Shown: piece by piece, positions 19,264 to 28,772 of the stretch
Layout of the letters: each line of letters opens with the position of its first letter
How positions within the stretch are numbered: position 1 is the first letter of the stretch
Assembly (NCBI GenBank): GCA_964469495.1
Contig: CAYXYY010000011.1
Coordinates: 30,845 to 94,844, forward strand
Source of the DNA: an uncultured Planctomycetia bacterium
GTDB taxonomy: Bacteria > Omnitrophota > Gorgyraeia > S143-82
Length of the DNA stretch: 64,000 nucleotides
Reading direction: 5' to 3'
Notes under the pieces: model-generated
Database searches by the model: none
Seen by the model: only the letters and a program-made list of their open reading frames with translations
What the model was told of the DNA's origin: nothing
Position numbers and translations under genes: made by a program

Positions 19264-21474
19264 ATGGGCAGGGCAATAGTTTTTTTTAGCCCCAAAGGCG
19301 GTGTTGGAAATACCTTTCTTGCCACAAATCTTGCTATTGCTTTGCAGCAAAGGGCATATAAGGTCTTGTTGTTGGATGCGGCTTTCCCAATTGCCGGCGA
19401 TGTGGCAAGGTTGTTAAGCATATTCCCAAAACAGAGTATTCTGGATATCTTCTTCTCCGGTTATACTATCCCTTATGACAATCCGCAAATTATGTCCGAG
19501 TTCCTTGCAGATTATGTGACAAAGCATGATGTTGGTGTGGATGTCTTGCCTGCAATAATCAGCCCCGGCGAGATGAAGCATATCAGTGATATCAATCCCA
19601 GTTTATTTATGAGGAGCATTAGTGATATTTACGATTTTGTTATTGTTGATGCAGGAAAGGTCTTTTCATCTTTTTTAGTAAAGTTGTTGGACAATGCGAA
19701 CCTGGTGTTGAGTGTGGTTGTCCCGGATATACTCTCCGTTTATCAGACGAAGGCGGCATTCGGCACTTTTCAGGATCTGTTTTTCCCAAAGGAGATGTTT
19801 AAACTTATATTGAACAGGGCGGAAAGCAAAGGCGGTGTTGGCATAGCAGAAGTGAAAACCGTTTTGCCGCTGGACATTATAGCTAAAATTCCGAGTGAAG
19901 GCAGGCCGGTAGGACATTCTGTTAATTTTGGTGTGCCTGTTCTGTTGGAAGAACCGAATTCCCGCGTAAGCAGCGCAATCAGGGCATTGGCAGAGAATCT
20001 GCTGGAGCCCCATATTTACATAGATAAACTCCCTATTGATGAGTTGAAAAACAGAAGAAAGGAATCCAAACATGATGTATTGGTGTCCTTTTGGGAGGAT
20101 TACGGATTAGGCGTAGAGAAAAAACAAGTGGAGAGGATAGACGAACTTGTTCTATTAAAAAAACGGGTACATAGGAAGTTGATTGATAGGGTGGAGACAA
20201 AGAAATTTGACTTTTTTAATATGACAAGAGACGAGAGGAATAAGATAAGGCAGGATACAGAGAGGATTATAGGAGAGCTATTAAGCGAAGAGACAGGGGC
20301 ATTGGTTGATGATTATGAAAAGAGAAAAATTTTAGTCAAAGAAATAGCTGACGAGGCTCTTGGGCTCGGGCCGTTAGAGGACCTGTTAAAGGACCCGGAT
20401 ATCACGGATATTATGGTTAACAACAAGGAACAGATTTTTGTTGAAAAATTTGGAAAGCTGCAGTTAACTGACAAGAAATTTATCTCTAACGAACATGTTA
20501 TTCAAACTATAGAACGTATTATCTCTCCTCTTGGCAGGAGAATAGACGAATCAGTGCCTATGGTAGATGCAAGGCTTCCGGACGGCAGCAGGGTGAATGC
20601 CATAATACCTCCATTGGCGTTGAACGGCCCAATGCTTACGATTAGAAAGTTTGGAAGGGAGCAATTTATTGCAGATGATTTGGTAAAATTCGGGAGTATC
20701 ACACAAGATATAGCCGAATTTTTAAAGGCGTGTATTGTAAGCAGGAAAAATATCATAGTATCAGGAGGCACCGGTTCTGGTAAGACCACAGTATTGAATG
20801 CCTTTTCGCAATATATCCCGTCAAAGGAAAGGATTGTGACGATAGAGGATGCCGCTGAACTTCGTTTAAATCAAGAACATTGGATTAGGCTGGAATCAAG
20901 GCCTCCAAACATAGAAGGCAAGGGGCAGATAACTATAAGGGATTTGTTTAGGAACACGCTTCGTATGCGGCCTGACAGGATAATTATCGGTGAGTGCCGC
21001 GGACTAGAGGCATTGGATATGCTTCAGGCAATGAACACAGGCCATGACGGGTCATTGACAACTATCCACGCAAATTCAACGCAAGATGTTATCTCTAGGC
21101 TTGATTCTATGATCTTAATGAGCGGCATAGAACTGCCTGTAAGAACGATTCGTGAGATGGTTGCTTCGGCCATAGACATCATTGTGCATACGGCAAGGTT
21201 AAGCGATGGTTCAAGAAAGGTGATACAGATTACAGAGGTAATTGGCATGTCGGATGACATGATTAACCTAAATATGAAAGATATATTTGTCTTTGTTCAA
21301 AAAGGTGTGGATGAAAAGGGCAAGATCTTGGGAGAATTTTCTGCCACAGGATATATCCCGTCTTTTTATGAAGAATTGGGCCGTATGGGAATAAAGTTGA
21401 GTGAGGGGATGTTTGAGCCAAGGCAAGTATATTATGATATTGTTAAACAAGACAAAAAGCAAGAAACTCACTGA
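19264..21474 (+). CDS. cpaF: TadZ/CpaE (MinD-like) fused to TadA/CpaF ATPase
   Basis: N-terminal deviant Walker A SPKGGVGNT. C-terminal GLGPLE, GGTGSGKTT, TIEDAAEL, LRMRPDRIIIGE and AMNTGHDGS. Confidence 0.9.
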   Translation: MGRAIVFFSPKGGVGNTFLATNLAIALQQRAYKVLLLDAAFPIAGDVARLLSIFPKQSILDIFFSGYTIPYDNPQIMSEFLADYVTKHDVGVDVLPAIISPGEMKHISDINPSLFMRSISDIYDFVIVDAGKVFSSFLVKLLDNANLVLSVVVPDILSVYQTKAAFGTFQDLFFPKEMFKLILNRAESKGGVGIAEVKTVLPLDIIAKIPSEGRPVGHSVNFGVPVLLEEPNSRVSSAIRALAENLLEPHIYIDKLPIDELKNRRKESKHDVLVSFWEDYGLGVEKKQVERIDELVLLKKRVHRKLIDRVETKKFDFFNMTRDERNKIRQDTERIIGELLSEETGALVDDYEKRKILVKEIADEALGLGPLEDLLKDPDITDIMVNNKEQIFVEKFGKLQLTDKKFISNEHVIQTIERIISPLGRRIDESVPMVDARLPDGSRVNAIIPPLALNGPMLTIRKFGREQFIADDLVKFGSITQDIAEFLKACIVSRKNIIVSGGTGSGKTTVLNAFSQYIPSKERIVTIEDAAELRLNQEHWIRLESRPPNIEGKGQITIRDLFRNTLRMRPDRIIIGECRGLEALDMLQAMNTGHDGSLTTIHANSTQDVISRLDSMILMSGIELPVRTIREMVASAIDIIVHTARLSDGSRKVIQITEVIGMSDDMINLNMKDIFVFVQKGVDEKGKILGEFSATGYIPSFYEELGRMGIKLSEGMFEPRQVYYDIVKQDKKQETH

Positions 21475-21772
21475 GAATATGTCTGTTGCCAGGACCTTCT
21501 TTCAAAAGGCAAAAGGCCTGTTAGGTTCTCTTTCTATTGCTGATGATTATGCCCTGCTTTTTGAAGCGTGCTCTTCAGTCCATATGATAGGAATGGTCTT
21601 TGCCATAGATGTGGTGTTTTTGGACAAGGGCAAAAGGGTATTAAAGGTGGTAAAGGCGCTTAACCCTTTTAGCTTTGCATTTGGCCCGAAGAGGACATTC
21701 TATACGATAGAGGCAAAGGCCGATACATTGTCTAATCAGATAGAACCGGGAGACGTATTAGAGTGGGAATAA
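21434..21772 (+). CDS. DUF192 family protein
   Basis: ARTFFQKAKGLLG…SVHMIGMVFAIDVVFLD…GDVLEW. This family is often found beside tad genes. Confidence 0.82.
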   Translation: MILLNKTKSKKLTENMSVARTFFQKAKGLLGSLSIADDYALLFEACSSVHMIGMVFAIDVVFLDKGKRVLKVVKALNPFSFAFGPKRTFYTIEAKADTLSNQIEPGDVLEWE

Positions 21773-23310
21773 AGCCGGCAAAGACGTTTTTGTTTTTCTG
21801 TGTTATGTTTCAATGCGCCATGGCATATGCCGGGTGGACGCAGTTGGGGCAAAGGGTATGCTCCGGCAGCATCTCGGCCATGTGCGCTTGGCATGGCGGC
21901 CTTTTGATATCATGTGATGATTATCTATATGAAAACACGGATGATATCTGGGCAAGGCGCGCGCGTATCAGGGGGCGGTTGTATGAGCCTTCACAGATTG
22001 TGCAGAGTAAATGGGGCGTGTTTGTTGCGACCAAACAGGGCATGTTTTGGGCGCAAAACCCTTCAGAAAGATTGACGAGGATCTTTAAGCCTGAGAAAAA
22101 GGCGGTTTACTCACTGGCCATTGGCAATAAGGGCTTGTTTTGCGGCACATCCCAACATGTTTTTCTTATCAGCCCTGGTGGGGAGGTCATCTCGGAATTG
22201 TTGGCCAGCAACAGCCCTGTTTTATCTATGTTGTTTGATGAAAAAACAGCTAATCTTATCTGCATAACAGAGCAGGGCATTGTGATCTATGATGTGGATA
22301 AAAGGCGGATTATTATGCATAGGGATCTGGGCAGGAATAATGAAGATGCGCGTTGGGACCCATCTGCTCATATCATAACAATAACCCGGACGGGCAGGGT
22401 TGTTTTTGCGTATAGAAACGATTTGTATGCCATAGACATAGAAAACAACGCGCTTTCTATGGTTGTCAGCCTGCCGTCGAGCGTAATGGCTATTGCGTCT
22501 GTTAAAGGCAAGGTTATAGCGGCCTGTGAAGGAAGCGTTTTTAAGATAGATGCGCTTCTTGAGCAGGCAGATAAATATCTCGTTGGGTTAGATGCAAAGA
22601 GATTTGTTGATATGGTAAAGGAAGAAAACAGGGTCTTCTTGGCTAGTGAAGATGCTGTATTTGTGTTAGATGCTGGTGAGCTGTCTTTTAAGGCGATTGA
22701 CAAGGATATAGATTTACTATACAGATACCTGTCTTTTGAGCCGGATATTATTTTACTTCAAGAAAAGGCTATGGAATATGCAGACGTGATGCCGGATAAA
22801 ATTAGGGAATGGAGGGCACTGCTTAAAAAACGCGCCCTTTTCCCGCAGGTATCGTTTGACATTGGCGGGGATAACAATAAAAGCGTTTCGGATACAGGGT
22901 CAGTGTGTTGCAGCGGTAGTTATGCGGTTGGGCCTGATGATAAGACCGTTAGCAAGAATCTGGACTGGCAGGTGAGTTTTGAATGGGACCTTGCTGACCT
23001 TATATGGGATCCCCAACACACCTCGATCGATGCCCGCTCGAAACTTACGGCTGAGCTCAGAGATGATATCTTGGACGATTTAAATCAGACGTATTATGAA
23101 CGCAGGCGCAGGCAACTAGAACTTTTATCCAATCCCCCGAGGGAATTGGATAAGGCCATTACTATTCTGTCTAAGATAGAGAGGCTGCGCGCTGACATAG
23201 ATGCGATGACAGGCGGATTTTTGAGCAGGTTTTTAAAACAGAACGGACATTACAATTGGGAAAGAGAGTTTATAAAGGAGGTATTGAGTGAAAAAAGAGT
23301 GGGAAAATAG
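21763..23310 (+). CDS. Secreted protein with an N-terminal beta-propeller and a C-terminal OEP-repeat-like domain
   Basis: Signal peptide (…AMAYA|G) and repeated VFVATKQG/LFCGTSQH/VFLASEDA blades. C-terminus has LFPQVSF, WQVSFEWDL and LNQTYYE. Confidence 0.55.
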   Translation: MGIKPAKTFLFFCVMFQCAMAYAGWTQLGQRVCSGSISAMCAWHGGLLISCDDYLYENTDDIWARRARIRGRLYEPSQIVQSKWGVFVATKQGMFWAQNPSERLTRIFKPEKKAVYSLAIGNKGLFCGTSQHVFLISPGGEVISELLASNSPVLSMLFDEKTANLICITEQGIVIYDVDKRRIIMHRDLGRNNEDARWDPSAHIITITRTGRVVFAYRNDLYAIDIENNALSMVVSLPSSVMAIASVKGKVIAACEGSVFKIDALLEQADKYLVGLDAKRFVDMVKEENRVFLASEDAVFVLDAGELSFKAIDKDIDLLYRYLSFEPDIILLQEKAMEYADVMPDKIREWRALLKKRALFPQVSFDIGGDNNKSVSDTGSVCCSGSYAVGPDDKTVSKNLDWQVSFEWDLADLIWDPQHTSIDARSKLTAELRDDILDDLNQTYYERRRRQLELLSNPPRELDKAITILSKIERLRADIDAMTGGFLSRFLKQNGHYNWEREFIKEVLSEKRVGK

Positions 23311-23935
23311 ATTGAATAAGATCCAGTCGTATTTTGTATCAGGCCTGGCAGTGGTATTCCCCATAGCGCTTACTTTTTATGCCATAGGCTTTATCTTTAA
23401 GTTCATAGACCTGATCGTCGGCAAATACATAAATTATGTCGTAAAACTCTCTTTGGGTTTTTCTATACCGGGCCTGTCTATAGTCTTGTCTATTGCCTTG
23501 TTGATACTAATGGGAATGGGCGCGAGGTATTTGTTTGCAAAGAAGGTTTTTGGATTTTTCGAAACAGTTATGGCGCGTCTGCCCCTGATTGGTAGGATAT
23601 ACAACTCAATTAAACGGGTTTCCGGTTATATATTTGAGACAAAGAGGCCTGAAGTAAAGAGTGTTGTGCTAATAGAATATCCTAGGAAAGGGATATATGC
23701 CATTGGTTTTTTGTGCCATACAAATATAGATGAGGCAAGACTAACCGGCAGAGGGAATCGTGAGTTTATGGCAGTGTTTGTGCCGACCTCGCCGACTCCG
23801 TGGAGCGGGTTCACTGAATTTATCCCTGCTGATGAGGTTGTCCCCTTGGCCATCTCCATAGAAGATGCCCTTGAGATAATCGTATCAGGCGGCGTGATGA
23901 GCCCTGATGAGTGGCAAAAAAACAAAGAGGCCTGA
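23288..23935 (+). CDS. DUF502 family membrane protein
   Basis: IYNSIK, VVLIEYPRKGIYAIGF, VFVPTSPTPWSGF and IVSGG motifs. Confidence 0.9.
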   Translation: MKKEWENRLNKIQSYFVSGLAVVFPIALTFYAIGFIFKFIDLIVGKYINYVVKLSLGFSIPGLSIVLSIALLILMGMGARYLFAKKVFGFFETVMARLPLIGRIYNSIKRVSGYIFETKRPEVKSVVLIEYPRKGIYAIGFLCHTNIDEARLTGRGNREFMAVFVPTSPTPWSGFTEFIPADEVVPLAISIEDALEIIVSGGVMSPDEWQKNKEA

Positions 23936-23956
23936 TTTTTTAAACAGGCCCCTTTT
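23924..23956. terminator. Probable bidirectional intrinsic terminator
   Basis: AAAGAGGCCTG…CAGGCCCCTTT hairpin between convergent genes. Confidence 0.5.
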
Positions 23957-23982
23957 GATAAAAGCTATATAGTTTTTATGTT

Positions 23983-26900
23983 TTAATTAATGGTCTTATG
24001 GCTGTTGAAGAAGGACTCGTCGCTTGTCGTATACCATGTCTCAAAGGATGTCAATGTAAGGTCTCCGGGGGGATAATTGTTTGAATAGTCTTGGGCGATC
24101 GTTGTATAGTTTTGATAGCCGTTGTTTATGCTTCCGACCAGGTCATGATTTGAACCAAAACCACCGCCACTGCTTCCTCTCCAGTAGTCGGACCAATGCT
24201 TTGAGGTAGTCCCCTTTACATTGGGAAACATCCCTTTTTTGGTGATAGATAATCCGTTAGCTGGTTGTGAGCCATCGTTATTGAGGCGCCATGCTATGTT
24301 CTCAACTGTGATGCCTGTTGGATATCCGTCAGGCGTTATCAAAGATGCGTATATATGCATATCCCTGTCGTTATCATCAATCATAGGCATTGAACGTTTC
24401 TTTGGCCCGTCTATTGGGCTATGAGCCTTGGCAAAGCTGTCTCTGACATAATTTATAAGGCTATCCGGGTTGGTTGTATACCCAGGATATTGTTGTGGGA
24501 AATCATTAACCACATCAAAGTCATCTGAAAGTTCACAGTATTCCTTATCTACACGCTCTTTATAAGTATCTTCTTGCTCATCATAGTAATAATCATAATA
24601 TGCCTTTACAGCTGCGTCTATGACCTGAAGTTTTTCCTGTTTTACCTCCTCGCTATCAGAGGCCTTTGGCCATATATCGTCAGCGTATTTGACGTAGTCT
24701 TCAATGCCGGAATTTTTTGCATATTCGCTCAGGTATCTAAGCATTTGCGCTTTTTGCCAGCCTTCATAAAAATAAGGGTCCGCATATGCAGGCGCGTTGG
24801 CATAGGGATTTCTATCATCATAGGCAGGCAGGTTTGCATGCTTGCCCAAGAGGTATATCTCGCTATCGCTGATGATAGATGTGGGCTGCCAGTCCTGTTC
24901 ATCCTCGGCCTTGTCCTTTTGATAGTTTATATCGCCTTGAATAAACACAGGGTTTGGCGAGACGAATGTTATGCCGCCCTCTCTGGGAATAGTTTCCGCG
25001 TTTTTGATCTTCAGCGCCCGGGAAGAGTGATAATCGTGATCTTTGCTAGTAGGTTGTTCCTTGTAATTGACCCATATAATGCCGTTTGTTTGATTTATAA
25101 GGTTGATATTATTGGCAAGTTCAGCCACATCTATTGTAATGGTATCGGCATGGTATACAGTCGGCAAGGAATTGGGCCCAGCAGATTTCACGCCCGTTAT
25201 AAAGGATTCCTGCGCTATCCATGAGGGCGGTTGTATAAACATGGGGTTACCTTCATCATAAACCTTTGTGCCTTTTACGTAAACCGTCAGGTCCCCGTCG
25301 TCTTCATATCCTATCCAGATACCTCCTTCCTTTGCCTTGGAGCTAAACGTATTTTCTATCTCTACCATAGACATGTCTTTTGCGCCGGTATTCCTTTCCC
25401 TGATTTTTCCATAGAGGTTCATAGAGTTGTTATAGATATTGTTGCTAGCCAAGCTATAATTGCCCTCCAACCAGTTTCTAAACGCTTCTGCCTGGTTGGA
25501 ATAAGACGTGTTAAGGAAATTGACGTCTTTATTGTCATCCCAATGCACAGAGCCGTAATGTTGGTCTGCCGGGTCATCTCCCCTGTAGTATCCGTACTGA
25601 GCGTATTTGCGCGGGTCGTTGTAATAGTCATGCGGCATATTGTTAGGAGCTACCTTCCCCGTCCAATAGTTTGCATCACCCCAAAACCTGCGTTCGTATT
25701 CAGGGTTAAATGTCACTGTTTCTGTATGATTGGCGTCTATAGAAAATGTGTAGTTTATATCCTCCTTTACCTTTAATGTAGCGGTCTCAGCTGATTCATC
25801 CCAAGAATATTTAATAGTTATTTCAGGGGTGGGAGGTATGCCAAGGCTGGCATCGCCTGCGGCTGTGTCTATCCCGTCAAATACCTGAGCGAATATCTGA
25901 GGCTTGCCGTCAACGATTTTTACGTCATTGTTAGGGTCTTCATCGCTATTTAATGCCTCGTTTACTTTGGGGTTAGCTGTGATGTGCCATTTATCATGAA
26001 CATCTTGGTAATAAATCCGTATGTATTTTACGGGTTTTTCTTCTTGATGCGAGTCGTTCCACCAAATATCCTTTACCCCTTCATGCGAGTAGTCTCTATA
26101 GATAAACTTGGAGTAATTTGCATCCGATCCATTTTCGTTTTTAAGCCTTACCGGCGGGGCGACAGTGATATCATCGTTGATATCCTCTGTGCCATTTGTG
26201 AATACAAACCTTGCTGTATCGTATGGATCAGGATAGTTTTGGGCAAATATCCCATATGGACTTAGTCGATCATTGTACTCTCCATACCACTCAGACGATT
26301 TATCAGAAGGATACACCCCCCCAGGGTATGGAAAGGGCTCTGTTTTTGTGCTGATAGTCAAGAAGGCATACCCGTCCAATTGTTTATTGTTATAATCATA
26401 AAGATCGCACACATCTAGATAAAATGGTTCGTATTTGCCGACAGTCCTGACTTTAAAAACGCCTTCTGAGTTTGTGCTTACTAGTTTTGGGTCCTTTATT
26501 TTTGCTGGTCCATCAAATATGATGTCGCCATTGACGTATATCTTGCCAAACCCCTGGCAGTCATATGTATAATTGCTGTTACCAGGATACCAGTTGCCGT
26601 TTATGAACTTAAAATAGTTATACAGAGAGTCTGCGTTTATGCTGACTCTGACTACCTTTGTCTTGCCGTTTAGCTCTGCCTTTGACATAATCCACCTGAT
26701 AGAGCTATCATCGTCTGTCTTGTATATGCGGACCTTTATTTGGTCATTGCCAAGCGGCCGGTAAAAACCATTAGTGTCTATATCAGCGCCTGTAATAGAA
26801 GGATTTTTGGCCTTATCCGGATTACTATTTGGCATGTGGATGAATTGTCCATTTGGATTTACTCTATGCGTAAACCAGTTAAACCCGTGCATTTTTAGCT

Positions 26901-27096
26901 CAACAAAGGCGTAGTGTATGCCTCTCTCTGCCAAGTATGTGAGCTGTTGATCCTCTAAGATGTTTTCAGACATCTTTAGGTTGACTTGTTGGGTCTGTAT
27001 GATTGATACGATGCCGGCAATGACAAGCCCGTTGAGGATAAAAGACCATAATATCAGGGCCATTCCCTTGTCTTTTTTGAACCTGTTTCTCCTCAT
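23983..27096 (-). CDS. Large (1037 aa) PilX-like minor pilin or adhesin
   Basis: Basic leader MRRNRFKKDKG|MALIL plus a hydrophobic helix; YLAERGIHYAFVEL PilX-like motif; long D/N/Y-rich extracellular region. Confidence 0.65.
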   Translation of the reverse strand: MRRNRFKKDKGMALILWSFILNGLVIAGIVSIIQTQQVNLKMSENILEDQQLTYLAERGIHYAFVELKMHGFNWFTHRVNPNGQFIHMPNSNPDKAKNPSITGADIDTNGFYRPLGNDQIKVRIYKTDDDSSIRWIMSKAELNGKTKVVRVSINADSLYNYFKFINGNWYPGNSNYTYDCQGFGKIYVNGDIIFDGPAKIKDPKLVSTNSEGVFKVRTVGKYEPFYLDVCDLYDYNNKQLDGYAFLTISTKTEPFPYPGGVYPSDKSSEWYGEYNDRLSPYGIFAQNYPDPYDTARFVFTNGTEDINDDITVAPPVRLKNENGSDANYSKFIYRDYSHEGVKDIWWNDSHQEEKPVKYIRIYYQDVHDKWHITANPKVNEALNSDEDPNNDVKIVDGKPQIFAQVFDGIDTAAGDASLGIPPTPEITIKYSWDESAETATLKVKEDINYTFSIDANHTETVTFNPEYERRFWGDANYWTGKVAPNNMPHDYYNDPRKYAQYGYYRGDDPADQHYGSVHWDDNKDVNFLNTSYSNQAEAFRNWLEGNYSLASNNIYNNSMNLYGKIRERNTGAKDMSMVEIENTFSSKAKEGGIWIGYEDDGDLTVYVKGTKVYDEGNPMFIQPPSWIAQESFITGVKSAGPNSLPTVYHADTITIDVAELANNINLINQTNGIIWVNYKEQPTSKDHDYHSSRALKIKNAETIPREGGITFVSPNPVFIQGDINYQKDKAEDEQDWQPTSIISDSEIYLLGKHANLPAYDDRNPYANAPAYADPYFYEGWQKAQMLRYLSEYAKNSGIEDYVKYADDIWPKASDSEEVKQEKLQVIDAAVKAYYDYYYDEQEDTYKERVDKEYCELSDDFDVVNDFPQQYPGYTTNPDSLINYVRDSFAKAHSPIDGPKKRSMPMIDDNDRDMHIYASLITPDGYPTGITVENIAWRLNNDGSQPANGLSITKKGMFPNVKGTTSKHWSDYWRGSSGGGFGSNHDLVGSINNGYQNYTTIAQDYSNNYPPGDLTLTSFETWYTTSDESFFNSHKTIN

Positions 27097-27159
27097 CTCA
27101 CACCCCTTTGTTTATGTATAACAATACCACATAGGCACTATATGCCTTGCTCATCTATA

Positions 27160-27187
27160 ACTATAACCGCTTTTTGCGCATTGTCAA
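27160..27187 (-). promoter_or_regulatory. Sigma70-type promoter of the large PilX-like gene
   Basis: Minus strand TTGACA-N16-TATAGT. Confidence 0.6.
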
Positions 27188-27314
27188 CTTTTTAAATGGA
27201 ACTTTGGGCGGGCCGCGGGTCTGTTATTCTGTGTTTGCTATTCTTGGAGAAACGGTATTTTTGTAGTATAATTCATAAGTCTTGTGTTTGGAGAAAAACC
27301 TATAGGAGGTCTGT

Positions 27315-28676
27315 ATGCGTATTGATTTTTCCAATCTCTTGTCTGTTAGGGTTGGCAGTCATGGGCTTGCCCCGGAGTTTGTTTCTGCTTATAGTGAAAA
27401 AATCGTGCCTTTTCACAACGATTTGCAGGAGAAAAGAAAGAGCGGGCAGTTGCCATTTTTTGAATTGCCTTATCAGGATGTGTCTAATGTGCTTGCATTA
27501 GCCGATGATGTCCGCAGGGATTTTGAGGCCTTTGTGGTTATTGGGATAGGCGGTTCAGGGCTTGGGAATGTGATGTTGCAGAGCGCTTTAAACGCTCTGT
27601 TTTATAACGAGCTTCCATCTGAAAAGAGAAATGGGCCTAAATTTTATGTCTTGGATAATGTGGATCCTGATAAGTTGATGGGGATTCTCTCTGTCATAGA
27701 GGTAGATAAGACGTGTTTTAATGTTATCAGCAAGTCCGGTTCAACGTCTGAAACTATGGCAAACTTCCTGATTGTCAGCAGGATTTTAAAAGAGAAGGGG
27801 TTAAACAATCCCAAGCAGGTTGTCATTACAACAGACCCAGAGAAAGGAGACCTGTTGGCAATTGCAAAAGAAAAGGGATTTAGGACGTTGGTTATTCCCC
27901 CGGGAGTTGGCGGCAGGTTTTCGGTTTTAACAGATGTGGGACTTTTCCCCGCGGCGGTTGCCGGAATTGATATCAATGCCCTGCTCGATGGCGCAAAGCA
28001 GATGGATTTGCATACGTCAAAGGCCAGTCTTGCAGAGAACCCGGCATATATGTTAGCTTTGACGCATTATCTTCTCAATGTGGATAAAGGCAAGTCTATA
28101 TCCGTGCTTATGCCGTATTCGGAGAGGTTATATCCGTTTGCGGACTGGTATAGACAGCTTTGGGCCGAGAGTCTTGGAAAAGATGGAAAGGGGCAGACCC
28201 CTGTTAAGGCATTGGGGACGGTTGACCAACATTCTCAGATACAGCTTTATAATGACGGGCCAAATGACAAGATTATTACATTTCTGGCAGTGGAGAGGTT
28301 CGCAGAGGATTTTGTCCTTACGGATGAATACCCGGGATATAAGGCGACTTCCTATTTTAACGGGCTCAAACTATCAGATGTGTTAAACAGCGCGCAGATA
28401 GGCACGACAACCGCGCTTACAAAGAAACAACGCCCAAATATGTGTATTACCATTGATTCTATTTCTGCCCAGAATATAGGGAAGTTGATATATCTCTATG
28501 AGGTTGCCACGGCGTTTAGCGGATATCTGTATGAAATAAATCCGTTTGACCAGCCCGGTGTTGAGGACGGCAAGAAGGCGATGTATGCATTGCTCGGCAG
28601 GGAAGGTTTTTCTGATCAGGCAGATGAGGTTCGAAAATACGCCTCTGCTGAGAGCGGTTTTGTATTAGAGGTTTGA
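27315..28676 (+). CDS. pgi: Glucose-6-phosphate isomerase
   Basis: IGIGGS, ISKSGSTSET, VGGRFSVL, QLWAESLGK and PFDQPGVE motifs. Confidence 0.96.
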   Translation: MRIDFSNLLSVRVGSHGLAPEFVSAYSEKIVPFHNDLQEKRKSGQLPFFELPYQDVSNVLALADDVRRDFEAFVVIGIGGSGLGNVMLQSALNALFYNELPSEKRNGPKFYVLDNVDPDKLMGILSVIEVDKTCFNVISKSGSTSETMANFLIVSRILKEKGLNNPKQVVITTDPEKGDLLAIAKEKGFRTLVIPPGVGGRFSVLTDVGLFPAAVAGIDINALLDGAKQMDLHTSKASLAENPAYMLALTHYLLNVDKGKSISVLMPYSERLYPFADWYRQLWAESLGKDGKGQTPVKALGTVDQHSQIQLYNDGPNDKIITFLAVERFAEDFVLTDEYPGYKATSYFNGLKLSDVLNSAQIGTTTALTKKQRPNMCITIDSISAQNIGKLIYLYEVATAFSGYLYEINPFDQPGVEDGKKAMYALLGREGFSDQADEVRKYASAESGFVLEV

Positions 28677-28690
28677 TAAAGGAGGATTCT

Positions 28691-28771
28691 ATGTCTAAGA
28701 GAAAGAGGAAAGGCAAGTTGGGCTGGAGGTCTAAAAAGGCCAATCACGGCACAAAACCAAATAAGGGATAG
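28691..28771 (+). CDS. 26-aa basic protein, bL37-like ribosomal protein (absent from the ORF track)
   Basis: SD AAGGAGG then MSKRKRKGKLGWRSKKANHGTKPNKG*. Fills the pgi-nadE gap; KANHGxxPN matches the bL37 signature. Confidence 0.75.
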   Translation: MSKRKRKGKLGWRSKKANHGTKPNKG

Positions 28772-28772
28772 G

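Noticed and set aside
15420-23935. tRNA-Glu as the integration site of a Tad island
   Set aside because: No integrase and no duplicated tRNA 3' end were seen downstream.
24221-26265. Plus-strand ORFs of up to 216 aa opposite the giant PilX-like gene
   Set aside because: Their I/V-rich composition is the expected antisense mirror of a D/N/Y-rich coding strand.
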